DNA of 34,522 nt from contig JAGGWR010000183.1 in assembly GCA_021163445.1 (NCBI GenBank), forward strand, positions 1 to 34,522, read 5' to 3'. Source of the stretch: Candidatus Tharpella aukensis (GTDB lineage: Bacteria; Desulfobacterota; Anaeroferrophillalia; Anaeroferrophillales; Tharpellaceae). Under the pieces are notes generated by a model. The model did no database searches and was not told the origin of the DNA. It saw only the letters and a program-made list of their open reading frames with translations. Positions 26,197-34,522 of the stretch are shown here, one piece after another; position 1 is the stretch's first letter, and each line of letters begins with the position of its first letter. The position numbers and the translations under genes were made by a program.

Positions 26197-27057
26197 ATGA
26201 GAACATATCTTGACTGTCTGCCCTGTTTTATGAACCAAATTGTTCGTGTCGGGCGTTTACTTGAACTCCCGGAAGCCGATTGTCTGGCGATGCTGCATGA
26301 ATTTGCCGGTCGTTTTACTGAAATTAAACTCGAAGACCCGCCGCCGAAAACGGCAATCATGCTCTACGAGATGATCAGTCGTTATTCAGGGCACAATGAT
26401 CCTTTTAAAAAGATTAAAAGAGAGAGTACCGAAAAAGCTCTGGCTCTCTATCCGGAGTTGAAAAAAAGGGTGGAGCTTGCAAACGCTCCTTTGAATCTTG
26501 CGGCGAAATTTGCGGTGGCCGGTAATGTTATAGATTTTGGCGTTGCTTCTCAATTTGATCTTGCTGCTGAAATTGATCGGGTCGTTGATGCCGGGGCTTT
26601 CGGGCACTGGCACGAGAAAAGTTTTTTTGCCGCCCTGGAAAAGGCCGATTGGCTTCTCTATCTTGGCGATAATACCGGAGAGACGGTCATGGATCGGTTA
26701 TTTATCGAAACTATTTCCAAAGAAACCGGCACCCCAGTAACCTACGTGGTTCGGGAAAATCCGATTATCAATGATGCGATTTTAGAAGATGCCCTGGCGG
26801 CCGGTCTTGATGGTTGCGCCGAAATTATTTCGTCCGGCTGTTCGGCTCCGGGAACCGTGCTTGATCTTTGCAGCCCTGAGTTTCTTAAGCTCTTTTATGA
26901 CGCTCCGTTAATCGTCAGCAAGGGACAGGGTAACTACGAGACTCTGTCGGGTGTTGATGCCTCAATCTTTTTCTTTCTTAAGGCAAAATGCAGTGTTATA
27001 GCCGATCATCTTGGTGTTCAGACTGGCGATCTGGTCTTAACAAAGGAGAACGAGTGA
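26197..27057 (+). CDS. Damage-control phosphatase, ARMT1/DUF89 family
   Basis: DCLPC, DPFKKIK, AGNVIDFG, DNTGE, PIINDA, SKGQGNYETL and KAKC. Confidence 0.9.
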   Translation: MRTYLDCLPCFMNQIVRVGRLLELPEADCLAMLHEFAGRFTEIKLEDPPPKTAIMLYEMISRYSGHNDPFKKIKRESTEKALALYPELKKRVELANAPLNLAAKFAVAGNVIDFGVASQFDLAAEIDRVVDAGAFGHWHEKSFFAALEKADWLLYLGDNTGETVMDRLFIETISKETGTPVTYVVRENPIINDAILEDALAAGLDGCAEIISSGCSAPGTVLDLCSPEFLKLFYDAPLIVSKGQGNYETLSGVDASIFFFLKAKCSVIADHLGVQTGDLVLTKENE

Positions 27058-27197
27058 TTTAAGAGGTCTTTATAGTTGATTCCGAAATGAAGAAGTTATT
27101 TTCGGATAGCTTACAATAGTGGGCTTGTATTTAGATAAAAATAATGTTAGTTGTAATGTATCAATGTTAATTAAACTTCAAACAGGAGAAGAACACG

Positions 27198-28049
27198 ATG
27201 AGAGTTTTGCTGACAATCTTTTTAATGGTTGCTTTTTTTGCAAACCCACTATCAGCTCAGGAGTTATCCGGAACTTTAAAGCGGATTCAGGAGTCCGGAA
27301 AAATCAAGATTGGTTATCGCCAGTCCCTGCCGCCGTTCTCTTTTATAGACAAAGACAATCAGCCTGCAGGTTATTCAATTGATCTTGGAAAAAGTATTGT
27401 CGCAGCTGTAAAAGAGAAGGTTGGTAAAGATGTAAAAATTGAATATGTGGCGGTGACACCTGAAAGTCGATTTGAGGCGTTGTCAAAGAACCAGATCGAT
27501 ATTTTGTGTGGGGCGACGACTAAAACAATTTCTCGTGATGAAATTGTTGATTTTACCCAACTTACGTTTGTCACCGGGGGCTCATTTATGACTTTGAGGG
27601 GTAAAAATATCAGGAATAATTTTAGTGGAAAAAAAATTGGCGTTATTAAAAGTACAACCACTATTGCCAAATTGAGAAAATTATTCATAGAGACGCAAAC
27701 AGTCGCTGAACTTGTTACATTTAATTCATCTGAGGAAGGATTTGCGGCCTTAGAGCAAGAAAAAATTGATGCTTTTGCGGCCGACCAGGTTGTTCTTATC
27801 GGTTTGGCCATGGCAGCAGATAAACCCGCCAACTTTTCAATACTTCCAGAGCTGTTTTCATATGAACCATTTGCTTTGGCAGTGCGAAAAAATGATTCGG
27901 ATTTTCGCGCCATTGCAGATAGTGTGATATCCCGTCTCTATCGGTCGAAAGATATTTTGACAATTTATGATAAATGGTTTGGCGAGTTTTCGAGTAGAAG
28001 AACTGGAGCATTTGAGGCATTGATTATGATCAATGCAATACCGGAATAG
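27198..28049 (+). CDS. Polar amino acid ABC transporter substrate-binding protein (GltI-like)
   Basis: AGGAG RBS; signal peptide; GTLKRIQESGKIKIGYR..PFSF, GYSIDL, IDILCGATT and EPFALAVRKND. Confidence 0.88.
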   Translation: MRVLLTIFLMVAFFANPLSAQELSGTLKRIQESGKIKIGYRQSLPPFSFIDKDNQPAGYSIDLGKSIVAAVKEKVGKDVKIEYVAVTPESRFEALSKNQIDILCGATTKTISRDEIVDFTQLTFVTGGSFMTLRGKNIRNNFSGKKIGVIKSTTTIAKLRKLFIETQTVAELVTFNSSEEGFAALEQEKIDAFAADQVVLIGLAMAADKPANFSILPELFSYEPFALAVRKNDSDFRAIADSVISRLYRSKDILTIYDKWFGEFSSRRTGAFEALIMINAIPE

Positions 28050-28066
28050 TAGGCCCCCCCCTTCCG

Positions 28067-28236
28067 TTGTTGCCCATTGCCGTCGGTGGTATGACTTGTG
28101 CCGCTTGTGTGCGGCGGCTTTTTTCGCTCCGCTTTTGCCACCCTGCAATAGCGATCAGTGGATATGAGCAACCCTGGTGGTTTTGGGCTCAATGGCGCCC
28201 TATAGTTATTCTGTTCTGATCTTCCTGATCCCCGAT
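28067..28236 (+). pseudogene. Collapsed remnant of a CopA-like heavy-metal P1B-type ATPase
   Basis: VGGMTCAACVRR (HMA motif) is followed, after frameshifts, by FFRSAFATLQ*RSVDMS and TLVVLGSMAPYSYSV (the DMxTLVxLG..AY.YS membrane motif). Confidence 0.7.
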
Positions 28237-28274
28237 TTTGTAACTTCCAACGTTTTTTATTAGTTTGAGTAAAT

Positions 28275-28308
28275 GCTCCGGTCGTCAATTGATGGCCGGA
28301 GCTTTTTT
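28275..28308 (+). terminator. Intrinsic terminator
   Basis: GCTCCGGTCGTC-AATT-GATGGCCGGAGC-TTTTTT. Confidence 0.8.
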
Positions 28309-28341
28309 ATGGATTAAAAATGGGGGAAGAGGATACGAACA

Positions 28342-28464
28342 ATGAAGGATGAGAAAAAATTACACAGAAGGGGTTTTATCAAGAGAGCTGCTATTATCTC
28401 CGGGGTTGCCATTTGTGGGGCCGTATCCGCAAAAAAAGCGAAAGCGGCAGGGTTGCTGTTGTGA
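28342..28464 (+). pseudogene. Orphan twin-arginine (Tat) signal peptide ORF, 40 aa
   Basis: GAGG RBS; MKDEKKLHRRGFIKRAAIISGVAICGAVSAKKAKAAGLLL-stop, with RRxFIK and an AxA cleavage site. Confidence 0.6.
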
Positions 28465-28581
28465 TGGCCTCATCTATTCTTGACGGTGCTTCAGATTTGA
28501 CAAATTGTTTTGCTGGAAAATGCATTTTATCAGGAAATCTGACCATTGGTGCCAGTTTAACTATCGGAAATTATATTTTAC

Positions 28582-28647
28582 CTTTTTAATTGGGGTCAGA
28601 GTAAAATTAAATATTTATTTAATTTTACTCTGACCCCAATTAAAAAG
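28582..28647. repeat. Perfect 66-bp palindrome (32-bp arms, 2-nt centre)
   Basis: CTTTTTAATTGGGGTCAGAGTAAAATTAAATA-TT-TATTTAATTTTACTCTGACCCCAATTAAAAAG. Confidence 0.92.
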
Positions 28648-28701
28648 AACCAATTAAATTCGATGCTTCTCTACTTGCGCTGAATGGCTACATTGTTTCT
28701 T

Positions 28702-30642
28702 TTATTTTGTCGATGAAAAAATTATTCTTAAAGCTTCGGGCCGGTTTAAATTGCGAACGGTAGTGATGAAATTGTTGTAGTTCGGATTTTCTGTGCTGAT
28801 CATTCCTCGTTGCAGTTCAATTTGACGATTATAAGTCAGGCATTTTTTGCTCTTATCAAGTTCATAGTCGACGCGCCATTGTAGTTGCGGCAGATTTTTA
28901 TGGCCGGTTGTTGGTAAAATGGTGATTTGGTAGTTGTCGGTGAGGTTCAGTGTGGTTTTATCGATAATGGTCAGGTTGTTGCTGATGGCCAAAGGTTGTT
29001 GCCGGTTTTTTAATAATGATTGGTAGTGATCCGGGAAATCCGGTGTTTTTAGTGGCAAAAGTAAATTAGAGGTTTTGTCAGTCGAGAGCGCGAAAAGATT
29101 TTTTACTTTGAACTCACAGTTAAAGATCAGATCCTGTTGATCATCTTTGAGTCCTTTGATGGTTAGCGGGCTTAAAGATGAAGCTTGCGGGTTGATCTGG
29201 TGCAGGAGTTGGGAGGTGGCAATTTCTCTTTCTGGGGGTGAAAGATCGCGCCATTGCTCTCGCCACGAGGTGGCGGCACTGCCTTTAAGGGTGAGTTTGA
29301 GCTGACCCATGCTGTCAGGCAATTGATCGACGTTGAAGGTAAGTTCGGTTTTGATCAAGGCGGCTTCCCGATCTTTTATCTGAACCAATTTCCCTTTTTC
29401 AAGATCGAGAGCCCAGTTGCCGTCATATTCGGTGATGCCGGGAGCCGGTTTACTGGTTGAAAAGAGGAAGAATTCACCGGCGCTCTCGACTAGAGCCGTA
29501 TCCCACCAGCCGGGGTAGGGCAGATCAGCAAATTTTTCCAGGAAATCGTGTTGGCTGCTGACCATCATGATGCAGGCTTGTTTTTGCCAAAGACGTAATT
29601 GATTGGCAAAAGCTAAAGCCAAGTCACAATCCTGGCCATATCCCAGTTGTTTGGTTTCGGTTGGGCTTTGGATTTTTAAATCAGTCTCCAGAAAAGATAT
29701 CTCGTAGGTTGTCAGATCGCGCATTTTGCGAAACAGTTGATGACTGATTGGGTTTGTCGCCGAGGCGGACTCTTTCAATTGGGGCCAAAACAGTTCTTCA
29801 TTTTTATCTGTTGTCGCTTCTGTAAAAAAATTATTAAAAAAATCAGCGACTTGACGCCAGTTGTTAAAGCTGCTGACGAGCAGGCAAAACCCCTGTTCAG
29901 CTAACGGAGCGGCCCATCTCTCCGGGGTTAAGGCGGGGATATTCACTCCACGCCAGTGATAGCGGGTTTGTTTGCTTTCTGTTTTCTCCTGTTTGAATTC
30001 AATATTTAAATTGTTTGGGGTGCGGTATTGCAGGGTTAATGAAGTCGGACAATCGATGATAATCTCTTTGTCAACAATTGGATCGTAGAGGCGAAAATAC
30101 TCCTGACACCAGAAGCCGGTTTCAGCCTTCATCTCAAGCTCTATTTCAATCTCGCTGCCGGGTTCTACGGCGGGCAGGCTGACGACGAGTTGGCGGCTTT
30201 GTGAGTAGAGCGAGACCTCACTGTTCCAGGGGGATGGAATGTCATGAATCTCCTCAGGTTTGGCTTGGATAGTCACCTTTTCGGCGGTTGTTGTTTGGCC
30301 TTTAAGCAATTTGACACTCTGCCGGGCCTGGTTATAAGTAAATTTAAAATCGGCGTGCTCTTTTTTACCTTTATAAGTCAGAATCCGGCGTTTGACATAG
30401 AGGTGTAGTGTGTAAGAGCCATCAGCCGCAACCGTGTAGTGTTTACGGATTTTCAAATTGACGGCATCGGCCCCGGCCGAGAGAGATGATATTGTCGCCG
30501 GGCGATTATCAGTTGTGGGGCTATCGGTTGCGGCGGCGGTAGCCGGCCGCCCCCACAAGAGCAGGGCCGAACCTAAAATCAGAGCCCAAAGTAAAACCGG
30601 CAAAATAGTAATTTTTTTTAAATCTTTTCTTGTTTCGATCAT
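28702..30642 (-). CDS. Exported DUF3857 protein with a degenerate transglutaminase-like domain
   Basis: Signal peptide; LVVSLPAVEPGSEIE (DUF3857-like); VSSFNNWRQVA. The catalytic motifs are altered (GQDCDLA, WWDTALV). Confidence 0.75.
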   Translation of the reverse strand: MIETRKDLKKITILPVLLWALILGSALLLWGRPATAAATDSPTTDNRPATISSLSAGADAVNLKIRKHYTVAADGSYTLHLYVKRRILTYKGKKEHADFKFTYNQARQSVKLLKGQTTTAEKVTIQAKPEEIHDIPSPWNSEVSLYSQSRQLVVSLPAVEPGSEIEIELEMKAETGFWCQEYFRLYDPIVDKEIIIDCPTSLTLQYRTPNNLNIEFKQEKTESKQTRYHWRGVNIPALTPERWAAPLAEQGFCLLVSSFNNWRQVADFFNNFFTEATTDKNEELFWPQLKESASATNPISHQLFRKMRDLTTYEISFLETDLKIQSPTETKQLGYGQDCDLALAFANQLRLWQKQACIMMVSSQHDFLEKFADLPYPGWWDTALVESAGEFFLFSTSKPAPGITEYDGNWALDLEKGKLVQIKDREAALIKTELTFNVDQLPDSMGQLKLTLKGSAATSWREQWRDLSPPEREIATSQLLHQINPQASSLSPLTIKGLKDDQQDLIFNCEFKVKNLFALSTDKTSNLLLPLKTPDFPDHYQSLLKNRQQPLAISNNLTIIDKTTLNLTDNYQITILPTTGHKNLPQLQWRVDYELDKSKKCLTYNRQIELQRGMISTENPNYNNFITTVRNLNRPEALRIIFSSTK

Positions 30643-30830
30643 TTTATTTTTTGTCCTTTGTAATTGTGCAGATGCCCACCATAAAAGTTATGGCAAATGA
30701 AGACGAACACCGCTTCGCTTCCCATAAGCGATGGTTACCCCAAGGGCACTTCCTCGCCATTGCTCAGGGCGCAAACTGAAGGTCTGCCTCCACATCGATA
30801 CAGTTTGAAGTTGACACCGAATATTTACCA

Positions 30831-30895
30831 AGGCACAAAGTTTTTTTGCTTTTTGCTTTTTACTTTGTGCCTTCTGCCTCTGTGCCTTTGTGCCT
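30831..30895. repeat. Short tandem/inverted CTTTGTGC-type repeat cluster
   Basis: AGGCACAAAG...TTTTGC repeats...CTTTGTGCCTTCTGCCTCTGTGCCTTTGTGCCT. Confidence 0.6.
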
Positions 30896-30901
30896 AAACT
30901 T

Positions 30902-32977
30902 CTACCACTCAATTTCTATCGGGGTGAGTGATCTTTTTTGGTTGCGGTTTTGCAGGCCGGTCAATAATTGATAATATTGAGGCTCAACTTCGGTTTTTTT
31001 CAGGGTGAAGCGGCGTTCGATGAGCAGTTTGTCGGGCTTTTCTTGAGTAAACTTTATGGTTTGGGAGAAAACTTCATTGTCGATTGCAATTTTTTTCGGC
31101 GGCTTAAGTGTTTTCGGTGTTTTGCTGAAGCTTAGATGTTCACGCAAGATTGTCGTATAGGTGTAGCCGAGTTTGAGGGGGTAGCGGCGCTTGGTCATAT
31201 CGGCCCGTTGCAGAATCCAGCGGTCGAGTAAGCCCGGTTTTTCCATGTTTGCCAGAGGTTGTAAAAGACCGGCTGTGGGAGTTTTTTCCGAATGGAGTAA
31301 TGCCGTGACCAAAAAATTTCCTGAAAAAGTAAAGTTTACGCTGCGGTCGGCGGGATCAGACCAGTTTAGGTTAAAGAGTTCAAGGCCGCTGTATTGACTT
31401 AAAAAAAGTCGTTTGAGAAAGTTCTCCTGCTCTTTGCGGCTCTGGTTCATCATGATTGAGCGCATCATGGTATCGTTAAATCCGGTGCAGCTTATGGTTA
31501 TGGTTCCGCCAAGTTTTCCCGTCGGGGAGAGTTTATCAATAATTTCTAAAATAAAGCTATTCTCTTGTGGAGATACCGGCGGCGTTAGTGCCAGGCTGCC
31601 ATTTTTAGAGTCGGCAATCAGATAGGAGCACTCTCTTTCATAGTCAGGCAGAAACTGGCGGCTGGTTTCCGAGGTTGGATCAAGAAAATGCAGGGCATTA
31701 CCGTTATCATCAAGCACTGCGACAATCGCATGATTAAAATAGGGTAAAGGGATCTCTTTATCCAGTTTGTCGCCGACGCGAATAAGCACGGCGGCGGCGT
31801 TGAAGTCGGCCAGGCGCAGCATGCTGACGAGCAGGGCGGCTTTATCGCGGCAGACCCCGTGTCGCCGTTCAAACGTTAAATTAACGTCGTGAGGCTCAAA
31901 ACCGGGGCGCTCACTTTCTCCGCTGACGCCGAGATAGCGGATCTGGCGGGCGACATAGTAGAAGAGGCTGGCCATTTTTTCATCAGGGTTGGTTTTTCCT
32001 TCGGTTAGTTCATTAACCTTTTTTTTCAGCTCTTCTCCCGGAGTCAGTTTTTTTTCAACCAGAGTATCATACCAGGCCGCAATCGCGGGCCAGTCGGGCA
32101 GGGTAGAGTAGAGCAGCCGCATTGCTACCCGGCGAAATGAGGGCATTTGCGGTTCGGGAACGATCTGTGGAACCCGGTTGAAAGTCCACGAGCGGATGGT
32201 TTTCGGCCGTTTCCCCGGAAGCCGGCTTTCGCGAAAAGTGACGCATTCTTTAATTTCATCCTTGATCAACCATTTGAGTCGGGTTTCGGCTGGAGTCGTT
32301 ACTGTAAAAATGTAGGAGTGGATCGGGATATCGTATTGACCGAGAATTGAACCATAGATCTGGTTGGCAATAATCGCCTTAAATTGTCGTTGATTGAGGC
32401 GGTAGTGAATAGTGTCACCGATTTCGAGCCCAGGTAAAAACACTTTTACAACCTTTTGTAGGGGATTATAGATGTTGCTGCGGCTGTTGCCGGCGGACGC
32501 CTCTTCGTGGCTATGGGCTGCAATATCAACGTTTCGGCGCTTACTGGCTCGAATAATTTCGCAAAATTCAATTTTCAGTCGGCCGTAGGCTTTATTGACA
32601 TGAAAACTCAAAACTTCGTGATTGCGTTTACCCTCTTCATCAAGTATCGTAATGTAGACGTCATCCTGACTCTCTTTTGAGCCATCGGCGTGGTATTCAA
32701 GATGTTCGATCTCCTGGGCCAGTACCGCATGGGCATAAGGATAGGTTGAGCGATTGATCTCTTCTGTAAAATGCGGAATTTCGGTTTTGCTTGAGTCACT
32801 TGCAATCTGAGTTTGTTCTTTCAGCCCAGATTCAATCGCATCTTTGGCCCGGCTTCCGGTCGGAAAAAACAGGATGATGATTGCCGACAACAACAGAAAC
32901 AGTCGGCCGTTAAGGATTAAAAATAATCGAGTAGAATAGGTGGGTAAAACCTTTAAATAATTATTTTTTTTTGGCAT
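30902..32977 (-). CDS. Exported DUF3857 + transglutaminase-like protein with an intact Cys-His-Asp triad
   Basis: VFLPGLEIGDTIHY, YVARQIRY, HGVCRDKAALL (Cys), FNHAIV (His) and FLDPT (Asp). Confidence 0.88.
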   Translation of the reverse strand: MPKKNNYLKVLPTYSTRLFLILNGRLFLLLSAIIILFFPTGSRAKDAIESGLKEQTQIASDSSKTEIPHFTEEINRSTYPYAHAVLAQEIEHLEYHADGSKESQDDVYITILDEEGKRNHEVLSFHVNKAYGRLKIEFCEIIRASKRRNVDIAAHSHEEASAGNSRSNIYNPLQKVVKVFLPGLEIGDTIHYRLNQRQFKAIIANQIYGSILGQYDIPIHSYIFTVTTPAETRLKWLIKDEIKECVTFRESRLPGKRPKTIRSWTFNRVPQIVPEPQMPSFRRVAMRLLYSTLPDWPAIAAWYDTLVEKKLTPGEELKKKVNELTEGKTNPDEKMASLFYYVARQIRYLGVSGESERPGFEPHDVNLTFERRHGVCRDKAALLVSMLRLADFNAAAVLIRVGDKLDKEIPLPYFNHAIVAVLDDNGNALHFLDPTSETSRQFLPDYERECSYLIADSKNGSLALTPPVSPQENSFILEIIDKLSPTGKLGGTITISCTGFNDTMMRSIMMNQSRKEQENFLKRLFLSQYSGLELFNLNWSDPADRSVNFTFSGNFLVTALLHSEKTPTAGLLQPLANMEKPGLLDRWILQRADMTKRRYPLKLGYTYTTILREHLSFSKTPKTLKPPKKIAIDNEVFSQTIKFTQEKPDKLLIERRFTLKKTEVEPQYYQLLTGLQNRNQKRSLTPIEIEW

Positions 32978-33059
32978 GGTTTCCTTGTTAAAGGCAGGTT
33001 AATTTTGCCGGTCACTGTATGGGTTAATGTATACCCTTTTTATCATTGCCTTTTTAGGC

Positions 33060-33269
33060 TTATCCAGAAGTTTGTTAACAGCTTATTCACAGCTCTTGTG
33101 GATAGATTGAAAATCTCTTTACATTCTTAATAGATAGAACACACTGTTCGGCTAAGTTGTTGATATGATTGATGGTTACTTCTTGGCTTCAACCATTATT
33201 TTTTAATTGACTTTATAATTTCTTAATAATTACAAACAATTAGAGCGCAAATGCGATGAGTTGTACACA
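33060..33269. promoter_or_regulatory. Cluster of DnaA-box-like 9-mers with a perfect IHF consensus site and an AT-rich tract
   Basis: TTATCCAGA 33060, TTGTTAACA 33072, TTATTCACA 33083, TGTGGATAG 33097 (inverted) and TTGTACACA 33261. TAAGTTGTTGATA at 33153-33165 is the reverse complement of WATCAANNNNTTR. Confidence 0.6.
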
Positions 33270-33320
33270 GCTTGAAGCCTCTTGTTGCTATATATTGTAA
33301 CGGTGTTTTGCATGATCTTC

Positions 33321-34520
33321 TTAAGCTCCATATTTTCGCAAAGCTTTAATTCTTGCGAGCAGGGGCGGATGGCTGTAGTGAAGAAAGACATATAGCGGGT
33401 GTGGGGTCAAGTTGGCAAGGTTGTCATGGCCCAATTTTTTAAGCGCGTTGATCATGGTTTCCGGTTGCCCGGTTGTTTGGGCGGCAAAGGCGTCGGCTTG
33501 AAATTCATGATGTCGAGAGAGGGCTTGAAAAAGAGGGTTTAAGATCATCTCTATCGGGGTAAAGAGGAGGCTGACAAAGATGAGGCCTGCGGCAATTGAA
33601 GCATGTTCCATGAAAAATGCCTGGTAGAGTGCGGGCTGTTTGATAAACCAGCCCAACAAGAAAAAGATAATAGCTTGGTGGATGATAGCAATCGTAGTCA
33701 TGGTCAGAATATGTCTTTTTTTGTAGTGGCCGATTTCATGAGCCAGCACCGCCAGGAGCTCCTCGATTGAATGTTGTTTGATCAGAGTGTCGTAGAGGGC
33801 GACGCGGCGCCGGCGGCCGAAACCGGTAAAAAAGGCATTGCCTTTGCCGGAGCGTTTGGAGCCGTCGACCACAAAGACATTTTCCAGGGGAAAATCAACC
33901 TCGTGACCGTAAGCCAGCAGCGCCTCTTTCAGTTCACCTTCCGGCAACGGTGTAAATTTGTTAAAGAGCGGCATGATCCAGGTTGGGGCGATAAGTTGGA
34001 TACCCAGGGTGAAGATGGAGGTCACCAACCAGGCATAGAACCAGGCCAGATTACCGGCACTTTGAAAAAACCAGAGGATTCCGGCCAGCAGCGGAGTGCC
34101 CAGAGCCAAGGCGAGAAAGATCCCTTTGATGCGATCCATAACGAAGGTTTTCCAGTTGGTGCGATTAAATCCGAAACGCTCTTCAATCACAAAAGTGCTG
34201 TAGATCGAAAAGGGCAGGGACAAGAGCGTGTTGACGAGTAAGAGCAGGGCGATAAAAATAAGCCCGGAAAAGAGAATGTTGTCGGTCTGGGAACGGCACC
34301 ACAGATCAAGAAAGTTAAAACCGCCGAAAAACCAGAAACCTAAGGTTGCCGCCAGAGAAACCGCACTGCTGTAGTGTCCCAGAACGGTGTTGACGCGAAG
34401 ATAGTCACGGTTTTTGCGATAGCTTTTTTCATCAACCAGATCTGAAAACTCAGCGGGTGGAGTTGCCGATTGGTTTTTCAGGTTGAGATGGTCGGCAATT
34501 AAGCCTAAAAGATAATCGCC
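33321..34520 (-). CDS. M48 family zinc metallopeptidase (Ste24/CAAX prenyl protease-like), 5'-truncated by the window edge
   Basis: IEERFGFN, DGSKRSGKGNAFFTGFG, LAHEIGH (HExxH), EFQAD and HYSHPPL. The frame stays open to the end of the window. Confidence 0.92.
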   Translation of the reverse strand, partial: GDYLLGLIADHLNLKNQSATPPAEFSDLVDEKSYRKNRDYLRVNTVLGHYSSAVSLAATLGFWFFGGFNFLDLWCRSQTDNILFSGLIFIALLLLVNTLLSLPFSIYSTFVIEERFGFNRTNWKTFVMDRIKGIFLALALGTPLLAGILWFFQSAGNLAWFYAWLVTSIFTLGIQLIAPTWIMPLFNKFTPLPEGELKEALLAYGHEVDFPLENVFVVDGSKRSGKGNAFFTGFGRRRRVALYDTLIKQHSIEELLAVLAHEIGHYKKRHILTMTTIAIIHQAIIFFLLGWFIKQPALYQAFFMEHASIAAGLIFVSLLFTPIEMILNPLFQALSRHHEFQADAFAAQTTGQPETMINALKKLGHDNLANLTPHPLYVFLHYSHPPLLARIKALRKYGA

Positions 34521-34522
34521 AA

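Noticed and set aside
30688-30912. Small ORFs (74 and 66 aa) or a structured RNA between the transglutaminase-like genes
   Set aside because: The ORFs are built partly from simple repeats, and I could not establish a convincing fold or family.

Overview
The window looks like DNA from an anaerobic deltaproteobacterium (Desulfobacterota-like). This is inferred from gene content and repeat types, not proven. Bases 1 to ~4475 are the AT-rich right end of an integrative element. It carries a Cys-repeat protein, a secreted MORN-repeat protein, a small tyrosine recombinase and a divergent large serine recombinase (LSR). The element has inserted into yjbQ. The 46-codon 5' half of yjbQ (4469-4609, minus strand) overlaps the last codons and stop codon of the LSR. 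The host DNA that follows contains: a DUF4139 protein; a DUF3524/GTDC1(QTMAN)-like glycosyltransferase; a putative sigma28 cassette (small ORF, FlhB C-terminal-like protein, TPR protein); a GEMM-I (c-di-GMP-I) riboswitch with terminator upstream of a secreted beta-helix protein; a sigma54-driven pair of small membrane proteins bracketed by a duplicated EamA 3' end; and an aapJQMP+EamA operon. Divergent from the aap operon is a 2-oxoacid oxidoreductase operon (alpha, beta, gamma, a GltD-like flavoprotein fused to a delta-like ferredoxin, a frameshifted cstA, EamA). Further right are an ARMT1/DUF89 phosphatase, an amino-acid binding protein, copA and Tat-signal remnants, two DUF3857/transglutaminase-like genes, a DnaA-box/IHF cluster and a 5'-truncated M48 peptidase. 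Three copies of a structured MITE-like repeat and several other intergenic palindromes are present. No rRNA, tRNA or CRISPR array was seen. All family assignments come from motif recognition, not database searches.
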